Of a stretch of DNA of 32,988 nt, positions 11,100 through 22,513 are shown in pieces. The position numbers and the translations under genes are program-made. How positions within the stretch are numbered: position 1 is the stretch's first letter; every line of letters begins with the position of its first letter. The stretch spans positions 69,831,144 through 69,864,131 of the forward strand of contig NC_068981.1 of the NCBI RefSeq assembly GCF_001194135.2, written 5' to 3'. Under the pieces are notes generated by a model. That model had not been told where the DNA came from, searched no databases, and was given only the letters and a program-made list of their open reading frames with translations. Origin of the DNA: Octopus bimaculoides. Its lineage: Eukaryota.

Positions 11100-12860
11100 A
11101 TATTGTGAGGAATACACAATACTGTACTAATGGTGTTGCAATGCATATAGCGCTATTACTGTTCATCCGTTCCAGGTTCGTTTTGATTTTGCTATTTTCA
11201 TTGTATTGAAAGTGTTTTACGAAGAATGTGTGCGGTGCCTAGTAGTGTTATTTTCTCTATTATATACATTTGTCTTGATGTTTTCTTTTTTGTTTTTCAT
11301 CATGCCAAATGCATATCCTATTATATGGACTATTTCTGTTTTTCGGCTCCTCTTTCTGATCATCTCTATTTCCAGATCTCCATTGCTTCTCCATTTCCTT
11401 TTTGTGATTGATACGTCCGTTAGAAGGCATTTTTCATGATGAGCTCTGATAATTATACCCGGTCTATTAACCTAGATCTCTGTATCTGTGTGTATCGGCA
11501 TATCCCAGAATATGCTTTCTTTCTCATTTACTGAAACCTTTCCTGGCATGTACCAATACCAATTTTTTTCTGATGTCATTCCATAGTGTTGGCAAAGCTT
11601 CCAGTGTATAAAGGTCAGAACTCTGCCATTTCTGCTAAGACTGGGCAGCCAGAGACAATATTATTCATTGTTTCTTCCCCATCATACATGTTCTACAGTT
11701 ACTTATTGTATTTTCCTTCATTATGTGCTCCTCGTAGTTTCTGCTAAGGTGGCTTTGGTCTTTGACGCAATTGCAAACCCTTTAGTCTCTACTTTGTGTC
11801 CTAATCTTCTTATTCATTGTGGGGATTTTACTTTGTCAATATATTTTCTGCTTAGTATTTGCCATATAAGGGTTTTTCATGGCATCGATTTATCAGGGTA
11901 TTTTGTAATTCTAGTTTCAGTTTAGATTTCAGTTGTTATACAGCTGTTGTTCACTTTTTTCTCCATAGCTGTCAGGTACTATGACCTCCATCTTGTATTT
12001 TTCAGCTTCCCTAAAGACAGAAAGAAATCTTGTGGTATATTCATGTTTTGTGGCTATTTGTACCAGTTTTCTTTGGTTCTGAGGTTGAAGTTTCTGTAAT
12101 CCCACGGTGTTTATTTTATAGTAGTTCTTTTGTTGTCAAAGGTTTCTACCTCCTTCCGTTTATTGTATATATATAACCGCTCTGTGTCAGGTTTTGGATG
12201 GTGTATCCTAAACCCCGTCATTATATTTCTAGTTTTTTCTTCTGTCTAGTCGGGTTAATTCCTTTAGAGTCCAATTAAGAGTATTGTAACTGTAACTGCT
12301 AACTGGGACAGCTAAAGTATTGATACTTATTATCATGGTTTTTGCAATGACTTTCGTTTTACGTATTAATTAACTCGTCTATAGTATTTCTTCCTAATCT
12401 CTTTCATTTGTGTGATTTACCGTACCTAGACAATGATTTCTTAATATTTGTATATATGGGTTTGGTCTAATTCTGTTATTTCATTTTCTTTATCTAGTGT
12501 GATATTATTAATATTAACTTGTTTTCCTTTATTCAAGACTACTTTAACACATTTTTATGGGCCGAAGTTCATGTTTATTTCTTTGACAGTTCATGCACTG
12601 TCTATAGTTATGTTTCCAGCTGTTTATTATTTGCCGCTAACACTTGTTCACGGCGAGGCTAGCGTTTCCAGGATCCATGTGTGAAAACAGTTTTCTTTCG
12701 GCTCTCTTCGATTCTGGCTTTATTCATCAATAGCATATATTTACTGCCATATGAGTTTTTGTAGCATCACTTCTGCGCTTCTAGAAAAAAATTTTTCTTT
12801 CAGATATCTGTCCATATTCCGCGATATTGTTGCACTGAAGACGTGTCAGGCACACGTAGA
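11100..12860 (-). mobile_element. 5'-truncated, decayed R4/Dong-like non-LTR retrotransposon (RLE type), 'family B'
   Basis: On -: EAQK*CYKNSYGSKYMLLMNK, NKQLET..VHELSKEINMNFG, INTLAVPV, HHPKPDTERLY, CRTC..GEETMNNIVSGCPVLA (CCHC-like), FWDMPIHTD..NRP (RLE), ending LLGTAHILRKTLSIQ* (TGA 11198-11200). About 260 bp of RT core is missing near 12635. The 3'UTR boundary is approximate. Confidence 0.85.
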
Positions 12861-12947
12861 CAGATAGATAAATGCACCAAATCACATGTGGCTACTGGAA
12901 AATGGGCTGCTATTGCTCAAGACGGGTAGCAGTGTTCTCATCTGTCA

Positions 12948-12950
<3 letters not shown>

Positions 12951-12980
<30 letters not shown>
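12951..12980. repeat. (AT)n microsatellite
   Basis: Directly visible. Confidence 0.97.
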
Positions 12981-12983
<3 letters not shown>

Positions 12984-14615
12984 TGATTTTATGCACCACA
13001 TTTCTATGAGATGTTCTAAAACAACTTTTATATTAATAATAGCCACGTGAATGCAGAATGCATTTCAAGAAAATACTTTTGCTGCAATATCTGAATGTAA
13101 TGAAAAGCGGTCGTTATTATTCTCAATACGATGGTTTAATTATATATTATGCAAAATGCTAGTTTTCTAAAACTTTTAAATGATTTCAAAGTATTTTACT
13201 TAAGGTTGAGAGCATGAAAATATACTTAACCACACTGAAGTATGTTTAACTTAATACAAGGTCATTCTACGTTTCTTCCCACATGGGACCATGTAGTAAT
13301 ATCATTTATATTGTTGTAGAAAACATATTACTCTCAATCTATATCTGCTGATGACTGGAAACGGATTTAAAATGTTGAATTCTATATATATACAAAATTT
13401 AAACTACTTTATTTTAATTACTTTCAATGTGCTTAAACAGGCACATATAGGCACAGAATACACATACACACAGAGTGCTACCATGCTAGATAGTTTTATA
13501 TAAGTGTGGGGGTGAGTGCGCGTGCGTGTGTAGGTGCGCGTGTGTGTGTGATGTATTTGTCTATTTATTTATCCATCTTTGTATGTATATGTGAGAGAAA
13601 GAAAGAGACTGAAAGAGAGAGAGGGAAGAATAGAGTATATACAAAATAATAAAAAATGAGCTTAAAATAATTGTGTAAACGCTACAAAGCCACGCAATGC
13701 AGCATTATTAGATATATGTAATAAGATTTTGAAACTGTCAACATAAAAACAAGGTAAAGGATAATTTTGGGTGAATCTGTCCTGCAAGCACTTAGATCCA
13801 AAAATACATAAATGCAAATATATATAAAGACACATGATTACATTTGCATACATACGCATGTGTGCATGAACGTGAGAATATATGTTCGAGTGTGTATGTA
13901 TTTATTTATATCTACCCGCACGTAAATATGTATACTTATAGAGGAGATGACGAGAGTGACAAATATACGATGCTTTTTAAAAATCAATATAGATTTCAAG
14001 AGATTTACTTCGGTTTTCATTCTCCAGAATACTGTGTACTTTTCTTTGTCTAATCCAGTATGCAATCTGCATTCATAACGAATAACCTGTTTCCTTCAGC
14101 CAAGACTTCTTGTATGTATATAAAAATATATGATATAGACTTGTATAATATAAATACTGTTCCTAGATTGTCAGTCAACGAATATTAATAATGTATATGG
14201 GAATGTTATTTTTATTTATTTATTTATTTATTTTTTGTGAGAAGTATTTCTATGTATGGGATTATAAATTGTGAACGACAGTCAATCATCGTTTGGTTTT
14301 GTTTTACTTCTAATGTTTAAATATCTATATTCTAAAACTATTCTGAAGCATCGTCAGATTTCAATTTCCGCCGAACTAGTTTAATATACATATATAACGT
14401 TAATATTTTAAAAGTCATAATGCAGTGACAAATCGTGATTCATTAACGAGGACAGAGCTTCCTATATGCCGCTTACGTGTTATATTTCTGTTTGTCTTTC
14501 AAGTGGTAATAATATATACATGGTATGTTAACCGATTCAAACCACACCATATATACTGCTGCATTGCTAAATCGTGAACGAAAACGCAAGCGCAGGTACA
14601 GAAACACACACAGAA

Positions 14616-14678
<63 letters not shown>

Positions 14679-14681
14679 ATA

Positions 14682-14714
<33 letters not shown>

Positions 14715-14799
14715 NNNNNNNNNNNNNNNNNNNNNNNNNNNNNNNNNNNNNNNNNNNNNNNNNNNNNNNNNNNNNNTATATATATATATATATATATAT
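14616..14799. repeat. Compound (TATC)n-(CT)n-[gap 14715-14776]-(TA)n microsatellite
   Basis: Directly visible. Confidence 0.97.
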
Positions 14800-15189
14800 T
14801 TAAGGATTAATACAGAAGACGGAGTGTAACTAGAAGCATATGTTAGCATAACAATCGTTTCGGTTTCATTCTCCACGGCTCCCTATTGGGCGTGGAACGA
14901 AGTAATAATACCAGGTGCAACGCACCTCGTCAGGTTTACATTGTATTTTCGCTTCAAGTTATATGCTGATGGTGTGATTCTATTACTTCGGACACATTTC
15001 GCAAGTGAGGAAGATGTGGTCAGGAAGAAGATACAAGAATAAAACACAAAACATTTAATATGAATAGGGGTCGGAGTGTTTATATCTGGGGTCAAAAACA
15101 CGTTGATAAAATAAAATAATAAAAAGAATTTAGTATAAATGAAGGAGGGTTTTCGCATTATTTTGAACGGCTTCAGCATGCGTAAGCGT

Positions 15190-15240
15190 TTGCAGGATGG
15201 TTAGAGCAGTGAAGCACTGGACCTTGGTTCAGTTCCAGTC
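15190..15240 (+). mobile_element. Possible tRNA-derived SINE head remnant
   Basis: TGGTTAGAGC (15198-15207, tRNA D-arm/A-box-like) and GGTTCAGTTCC (15226-15236, B-box-like). Spacing is shorter than in a tRNA and no cloverleaf is evident. Confidence 0.3.
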
Positions 15241-15353
15241 TTTAGACTGTGTGGCTGGTTGGCCGTTTTTCTTTCGTTATTTGCGTATTTAACTCATTTG
15301 TTTTCGTATTTTATGATGTTTGCTTTTGGTTACATCATGTACCCATATATTCA

Positions 15354-15356
<3 letters not shown>

Positions 15357-15412
<56 letters not shown>
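15357..15412. repeat. (CT)n microsatellite running into gap 15413-16073
   Basis: Directly visible. Confidence 0.98.
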
Positions 15413-16073
15413 NNNNNNNNNNNNNNNNNNNNNNNNNNNNNNNNNNNNNNNNNNNNNNNNNNNNNNNNNNNNNNNNNNNNNNNNNNNNNNNNNNNNNNNN
15501 NNNNNNNNNNNNNNNNNNNNNNNNNNNNNNNNNNNNNNNNNNNNNNNNNNNNNNNNNNNNNNNNNNNNNNNNNNNNNNNNNNNNNNNNNNNNNNNNNNNN
15601 NNNNNNNNNNNNNNNNNNNNNNNNNNNNNNNNNNNNNNNNNNNNNNNNNNNNNNNNNNNNNNNNNNNNNNNNNNNNNNNNNNNNNNNNNNNNNNNNNNNN
15701 NNNNNNNNNNNNNNNNNNNNNNNNNNNNNNNNNNNNNNNNNNNNNNNNNNNNNNNNNNNNNNNNNNNNNNNNNNNNNNNNNNNNNNNNNNNNNNNNNNNN
15801 NNNNNNNNNNNNNNNNNNNNNNNNNNNNNNNNNNNNNNNNNNNNNNNNNNNNNNNNNNNNNNNNNNNNNNNNNNNNNNNNNNNNNNNNNNNNNNNNNNNN
15901 NNNNNNNNNNNNNNNNNNNNNNNNNNNNNNNNNNNNNNNNNNNNNNNNNNNNNNNNNNNNNNNNNNNNNNNNNNNNNNNNNNNNNNNNNNNNNNNNNNNN
16001 NNNNNNNNNNNNNNNNNNNNNNNNNNNNNNNNNNNNNNNNNNNNNNNNNNNNNNNNNNNNNNNNNNNNNNNNN

Positions 16074-16400
16074 TGGCGAAGATATTTGGCTTTTGCCGCT
16101 CTTTTGCCTTAGGTATGCCGTGTTCTGTAATTTTGTATTGACGTAGTATTTTTCTTCTTTTGTTTCTTAGTAGTGTTGATTAGCTATTGACAGATCCTTT
16201 CCCTTATTTTCTAACTTTTCTGGATAGTATTTATCCACAGAGTTTTTTGGGTGTTGTTACTCCTGTTTGAATGGGTCTGAAGGACTATCTAGCTTCTTTC
16301 GTGGCCACAGCGGCTGCTGCATATATTATATCATATAGCCACGTTAAATTGACATTTGTTTCTGTTGCTATTAGTTCTGTGACAGCTAGGTTCAGGCTAT
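16074..16400 (-). mobile_element. R4/Dong-like fragment, pre-RT region of the ORF (piece C of stack)
   Basis: Frameshifted INSLNLAVTELIATETNV..YAAAVATK..LWINTIQK..KDLS..AKAKYL, resembling the YAAA..W..R...I...R.DLS region upstream of the RT in this clade. Confidence 0.5.
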
Positions 16401-17194
16401 TTATTACTGATTCCCAACAACGCGCTAAAGCAAGTTTCCTTAGATGTCAAAAAAACCTTCCTATCGGGTTACAACAAGTAAACTTAGACGACAAGAAACC
16501 TGCTACGTGTCCTATCTGCCCCTAATAACCTTGTTTTCTGCAACCGTACCAAACTGGGTTTTATGCCTATTTCCTCTATCCATATATTCAGATCTTTAGG
16601 TATAGTTCTCATTGCACCAATAAATACTGGGATACAATTTACCCCCACTTTCCATAGTCTCTCTATTTCAATAGTTAGGTCGTGGTACTTTGCTATTTTT
16701 CTATACTTCTCGTATTAATTTCTTCGTCATTTGGGACGGGAAAGTTAATTATCTGGTACGTTCTACTGTCTTTCTCTATTACTACTAATTCAGGTTTTCT
16801 AGCTTCTATTAATCTGTCAGTCTGAATGTGAAAGTCCCACAACACTTTCTAGTACTTTACTGGGTTCATGCTCATACCATTCACCAGTATGTCCAAATCC
16901 TAGCTTTCTTCATAGCTCCCAGTGGATTGCACTCCCTATATTGACATGTCTTTTCTTGTATTCTTTCTGTGCCAGCATACTACATTCACTTAATATATGA
17001 GTAACGCTTTCTTCTTTTGATTTGCATAATCTACTTGGCTTTTTGTCTATTTTGGTTTTTATCCAATTAGTCCATAATGGCTGCTCCTATGCCGCTACTA
17101 ACGAACTTCTCCCTCTACAGTTTTCCCTTCTGCAATCATAACCATGTCTCACTATTGCTGTTTGCTGAAACTATCTTCGGAAATCTAACCCTAA
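16401..17194 (-). mobile_element. R4/Dong-like 3' end (piece A2): CCHC, RHD-like motif, RLE endonuclease, stop, 3'UTR and short TAATAA tail
   Basis: ETWL*LQKGKL*RE..VAA*EQPLWTNWIK..RLCKSKEESVTHILSECSMLAQKEYKKRHVN..HW..WYEHEP..LWDFHIQTDRLIEARKPELVV..VPND..EIERLWK..IPVFIGAM..LQKTRLLG..FLVV* (~16478). TAATAA at 16401-16406. Confidence 0.88.
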
Positions 17195-18542
17195 CTGAAT
17201 CATAAAATCCCATAGGATCTTTGCATTTCTATTTTCGACAATGCCTTCAGGTTTGTGGTCGTACCAATATTTTGCTGTGTCAAGTCCATACTTGTTGCAA
17301 AGTGTCCAATGGACAAGCCTGACTATATTGTCGTGGCGTCTCTTATATCCCTTTTGGGCTAGTGGAGTACATTGGCTGGTAATATGTCATAGGTTTCACC
17401 GTTTTGTCCACAGATTCTGCACTTATCACTTTTTGATGTGTTGTCTATTCTGTATTTTATGTTGTTTGTTCTTAGTGCTTGCTCTTGGGCAGCACATATT
17501 AGAGCCTCGTTTTCCGGTTTTGAATCACTTTTAGTCATCCACAGCCATCTTTTTTCACTGTCTGTCTTATCTTCAACATCCCTATGAAAATGACCATGCA
17601 TGCTTTTCATTATCCACCTATTTTCAGTTTCATTCGTCTTCAATTTCTTGTATAATTTTTTATCTTTGCAATCTTTCATCCTACACAAGCCTGACCTTCC
17701 TACTTCTAATAATAGCGGTTCTGTGACATTTTTTTACTTACTATGCTATGTTTCTTACTTCTGCTTTAATGCTGAGTTCCCATCCAATAAGTCCTCTACC
17801 CCTCTTTTTCTTGGTACATACAGTCTGTCTGTGTCCCCTTTTGGGTGGAGTAGCCCATATCTAGTTTGCAACTTTCTTGTCTTTGAGTCTAAACTGTTTA
17901 TTTCGTCTACTGTCCATGCGATTAGCCCTGCTCCATATCGAAGGGGTGAAACCGCCAGGTGTTGATAGTTTCGATCTTATTCCGTCCGTTGAATTTCGAC
18001 TTAAGGATCAGACTCAATCTGCGTAAATACTCCACCTCAAATTTTTCTTTCAATTCCTTCTCCATCAATTTATCCATTTCCAAAATCCCCAAGTACGTAT
18101 AGCCCGTCTGGTTGACCTTTTGTTGCCGGCTTTTGAATAAACACCCAGCTTTTGCTTTCCTCAGAATCAGTGTCAGTGGTATCAAGCGCTGTACAAAGAT
18201 CAGTAGGGAGAGACAGTCCCCTTGGAAGATGCCCCTCCTAATATCTACTGTCCCTAAACTTCTTTCATATGCTGTCAGGTCCGTCCTCTAATTCACCATA
18301 CTTTTTCCAAGCAATCGCTCAAGATTCGATGCAATCCCAAACACGTTCATACACTCCATAATCCAAGAATGTAGGATCATATCGTACGTCTTACGATAGT
18401 CGATCTATGACATGGCTAAGTTACCTTTCCTCCTCTTGCAGTCTCTGAGTACAGTTTTATCTATCAGGAGTTGATCCTTTGTACCTCTGCACTTACGCTT
18501 GCAATCTTTCTGTTCATGTGGCAGGACTCCATTTTCTAGATA

Positions 18543-18544
<2 letters not shown>
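17195..18544 (-). mobile_element. 5'-truncated R4/Dong-like fragment (piece A1): RT to CCHC/RHD, broken after LWDFMIQ
   Basis: [50 protein letters not shown]|QTGYTYLGILE (YxDD segment absent)..HGHFHRD..EALICAAQEQALRTN..KCRICG..HITSQC..YKRRHDN..WYDHKPEG..ILWDFMIQ. Confidence 0.92.

Positions 18545-18592
<48 letters not shown>
18545..18592. repeat. (ATT)16, i.e. (TAA)n 3' tail of the adjacent minus-strand element
   Basis: 48 bp of perfect ATT between the 3'UTR of piece B and the 5' end of piece A1. Confidence 0.97.
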
Positions 18593-18595
<3 letters not shown>

Positions 18596-18735
18596 TAGTT
18601 TTATTTTTATAACGTGCTTTCACTTCACTACCGAGCGCAGCTCTGTGCGCTTTGGGTATGTGCTGTGGTTTGCTGTGGTGCTCTTATGTTTACTGTATTG
18701 AAAGTGTTTTGCGTAGGATGTGTGCAGTACCCAGT
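18593..18735 (-). mobile_element. 3' terminus of R4/Dong-like family B element (last codons, 97-nt 3'UTR with hairpin), cut by gap 18736-19013
   Basis: LGTAHILRKTLSIQ* (TAA 18690-18692), the same peptide end as the 11.2-kb copy. Hairpin AGCGCA-6nt-TGCGCT at 18634-18651. Followed by (TAA)n. Confidence 0.85.
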
Positions 18736-21384
18736 NNNNNNNNNNNNNNNNNNNNNNNNNNNNNNNNNNNNNNNNNNNNNNNNNNNNNNNNNNNNNNNNN
18801 NNNNNNNNNNNNNNNNNNNNNNNNNNNNNNNNNNNNNNNNNNNNNNNNNNNNNNNNNNNNNNNNNNNNNNNNNNNNNNNNNNNNNNNNNNNNNNNNNNNN
18901 NNNNNNNNNNNNNNNNNNNNNNNNNNNNNNNNNNNNNNNNNNNNNNNNNNNNNNNNNNNNNNNNNNNNNNNNNNNNNNNNNNNNNNNNNNNNNNNNNNNN
19001 NNNNNNNNNNNNNTTAAAAAAACAATACACCATGTCCAGCTTTTCCAGTCCGTTAAATCAAATTATTCGATGTTTATCAAACTGGCAAAAGCATGATGTT
19101 TTAGTAATTGTTCGAGTGATATACTAATTGTTGAAAATACATACATACATATGTGTATGTGTGTATGCGTATTTTATCTTTTAGGTCTGCAAAAAAATTA
19201 TGTATTACTAATATGAATGGATTTGAAATAAAAATACTTATTCCTCATTCCCCTCAACTTCCTTTTGATATTCTCATATGTTCTTCTTTAAATTTTCACT
19301 TCAAGGTATTTTCTCGGAGTGTGTTTTTGTCGTCGTAACACTTTTACTTTCATCTTCATATGCTGTTAAAAATCAAACATAATTCTACATATTCAATGCA
19401 AACATACTCTACATATTCTACATATTCTTCACTTTCTATTTCTGTTTGTTCATCTGCTACTGTTACAGATATTTGCCTTGCGATCTGCAAGGGCTTTATG
19501 TTTTGAAAAAATATGTTTCTTTCTTTTTTTCCAGAGGGAGTTTTGAGTTTTGCATTAACAAGACAAGTGGCATCTTCATAATTGTACATGAGCAAATGTT
19601 ATGTGAAAATACCTTATTTTTATGTTTTACGAGGTATATCTTCATTTATACAGTTGATATGCTATAATACTTTCGAATTTGTACAGGTTGTTATTTAAGA
19701 ACTTGAGAGTATGTCTATTAAAATTTACAGTACTTGTAATGCTATTTTCTTAAAATTAAACATGTTTACCACTGCATGCAATTTGAGAACGTCATTATAA
19801 AGTCTTCATGTATTTTTCCATTTGTACCAGTTGCAAATGAAACAATGAACACGTTAGTTAACTGACTTAATGTTGTTGTTTTCTTTTATTTTAAACGTAC
19901 ATCAGTATACTTACCTATATTCTCAATGCTCTTCATCATATGTCATAATGTGGATTTGGCGTTTCTGCTTCATAATTTGAGCATTATTATGATTTTTCTT
20001 ATAGAAAGAATAGTATTTCCATAGAACTTAAGCGGTGCAATTTTCTATGACATGTAAATATTCATTTAAATTCATCGTTTTTTCTTTTCCGAAGAATATG
20101 AAATCCTTACAATACGCATGCTAAGTTATGCAATGCTTATTTTTCAACAGTCTATTTTTGTTGTGTGCTTTCACTACATATTCGAGTGTACATCTCGACG
20201 TTTTGAGTAAGTGCAGCTTATGAATTTATTATTTTTCATGGTGATTTTACACGTACTGTTGTTATAAGAGACAATGTGTTTAGTGTCCTGTAATGCTAAT
20301 GTCTGTATTTAGTATTCTTTAATCTATTACTTTACGAGCGACATCTCTGGTGAGAACGTATTTTCAAATTCAGTGAATTTGAAAAGTTTTCGATGAATCA
20401 TAAGCTTTGAAAATCTTGTCTACTATTAAAGGTATTCATAATAAAGCCTCTCTTCGCAATATAGTTTCTTTCTACTTCATTACGATAGTATATTATCACT
20501 GTAATTTGAGCTGGCTCTTTCCCCTTTCGTCGTCACTCATAACATACGTTCAGACTGCATACTTATTTTGTCATATACCAAACCATCGTAGTTAGAGAAA
20601 AGATAGGAGTTGTTTTTATAATTTCCTCTCTTTTATTTGTACATGCAGAACGTTCGTACATTCTCTAACATATAGTCTTAGCTCCAGCACATAATTTGCG
20701 CTAAATTCGTCATGGTTACTATTTCTAAGAATCAAATCGAGGAAACATGGCACAAAACCTAGCTGTGCAAACTTTGTACATATAATGCTGAAAATTATTT
20801 TTTGGGACACACTATGCACTTAGGTTATAGTTTTTCAATACTCCTTCATGCAAATCGCGAGTGAGAATATGTTGGATTATTATGATCTTTACTGGAGCTG
20901 CTACCCCGTACAAAAGTCTAACGATGTTGGAATTGTAAACTCGCCTTTCAAACTTATTTTTATAAATTGCACCTTTCTCCTAACTACCTCCTTTTCAATT
21001 AATAAACACAGTTATTCCTTTTTCTTTACTCAGTCTTCTATTTTGTTATTGTACACCTCTGTCTACCTCTTAGTGTGATGATAGATTCTGTTTAATTTTA
21101 GATAGTTCTTAAATTATTTTGGACCTCTTTTTAAGTGTCTGCTTATCGATATTTGCCTTCATCATTTCACATATTTTACCGCATGATCAGAATCTCTTGT
21201 AACAGCTGTTCATTAATATCCGCCTCATATACTGGGTCATCCCATAAATGCAAAATTAAGATAAATAAAATTATATTTTAATCTAAAATATACACTCCTT
21301 CATATTCCACAAACACTTCCATTTATCTGGTAGTCTTGCGAGGTCCCTCTTTCAAACAACTTCACCTGTCCGTGACAAAAGATA

Positions 21385-22513
21385 CTATAGTGGAGAAAAA
21401 AAGGTTTTTTTACACAGAATTTCGAAATGTTTTTCAGAAATCCTTCAGAAACAATTGTGTTAAAATATGAATTTCTTAAATATTGCGAAATCCTTCATAA
21501 ACAACTGTGTTAAAATATAAAGTTCTTAAATTTACATCTTCATGCTCCTCAGTTCACTTGAAGCCAATTTTTGATTCTTGACACATTTTGGTGATAAAAA
21601 TAATTAACACTTCAGTATCCTTTGCTAATGTAGAAGTGTGACTGTTCAATGCCCAATTCTTTCTAATCAACCTCTGAACGTTCTGATTAGATACTACTTG
21701 ATATATTCCACCAATGATCATTTTTCGATTTGTCCGTTGATAAACGATGGCACATTTTTTTCATTTTTCGCAGATTTTAGTAATGCTTGGTATTTTAGAT
21801 AAATGTTTAAAATTTTCAGTTTAACTGACTCGTAATGCAAAGGATGGATACCTTTTGCCGAAGAATTATCTTTTCTACTACAATCTTGACAATTTGCTTA
21901 ATTGAGATATATAGCTTAACTACATTCTTTTCTTTTTCTCGTTAGTAGTCTACATTTAGTAGTATTTGTAAGTTGGCAAAATTCGCTCGCTAAGACCACA
22001 TGCAGTACCAAATATTCGGCATTCAGTATGTCTTATGTATCATCACTAAATATAAACAACACTAAATTTAGCACGATTATTAATTTTCACACAATAGCCT
22101 AAAATCAAAACACGAAGCAGGAAACTTCACACAAGAATTACGTACGTCCAAACAAAACAACCGTTGCAGCGGCACTGAAGAGAAGTTCACACTCCGGTTC
22201 TCTTTATAGTCAATGCAGAACTTTAAGGTAATAATTAATTATATTGAATGTTGGTACGTCCACCAATGTGGATACTATAAGTAATGTTTTGCATTCGTCT
22301 ATGTATAAATATGTATTTGCTACGAGTTATAATCCATGAAATCCGAAATTCGAATAAAAATAACGATTTTTAAAATATTCTATTATGTTGCGGAAGCCGA
22401 AAAAATATTTAACCATAAAGTTCTTTATACACCCTTCATTGAATCCTTATTCGGAACAAAATATCAATTCTTGATCACTAATTCCGAAAGTTGCATTTTT
22501 CGCTCCACCCTAG
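21385..22513. mobile_element. Nested ~1.13-kb non-autonomous TIR element (MITE/hAT-like) inside the mariner
   Basis: Ends CTATAGTGGAGAAAAAAA and reverse complement CTAGGGTGGAGCGAAAAA (14/18). Flanks AAAAGATA / AAAAATA form an imperfect 7-8 bp TSD. Removing it rejoins mariner coding sequence. No clear ORF inside. Confidence 0.65.
21437..21531. repeat. Two-copy ~50-bp tandem repeat (subterminal in the nested element)
   Basis: GAAATCCTTCAGAAACAATTGTGTTAAAATATGAATTTCTTAAAT at 21437 and GAAATCCTTCATAAACAACTGTGTTAAAATATAAAGTTCTTAAAT at 21487. Confidence 0.9.

Noticed and set aside
11206-12684. Hydrophobic plus-strand ORFs that look membrane-protein-like (also 17241-17965)
   Set aside because: Antisense readings of A-rich minus-strand retrotransposon coding sequence.
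14959-15042. LYADGVILL, resembling an RT YADD motif
   Set aside because: Isolated; no convincing QG or other RT motifs in register.
15190-15240. Functional tRNA gene
   Set aside because: A/B-box spacing too short, no acceptor stem or cloverleaf; at most a SINE remnant.
19535-19600. Strong-looking + strand acceptor followed by FEFCINKTSGIF (cadherin-like FxIxxxSG)
   Set aside because: No other cadherin motifs (DxD, LDRE, DxNDN) and no clear donor; likely chance.
19100-21200. Possible very old DNA-transposon (MULE-like) remnants on the minus strand
   Set aside because: Only vague, frameshifted resemblance; no diagnostic motif or termini.
21437-21531. Tandem repeat considered as a CRISPR-like array
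   Set aside because: Two adjacent copies without spacers, eukaryotic context, no cas genes.
22321-22345. TACGAGTTATAATCC as a mariner TIR start
   Set aside because: No matching inverted partner; it lies inside the nested element, and the true mariner TIRs are at 21230 and 23312.
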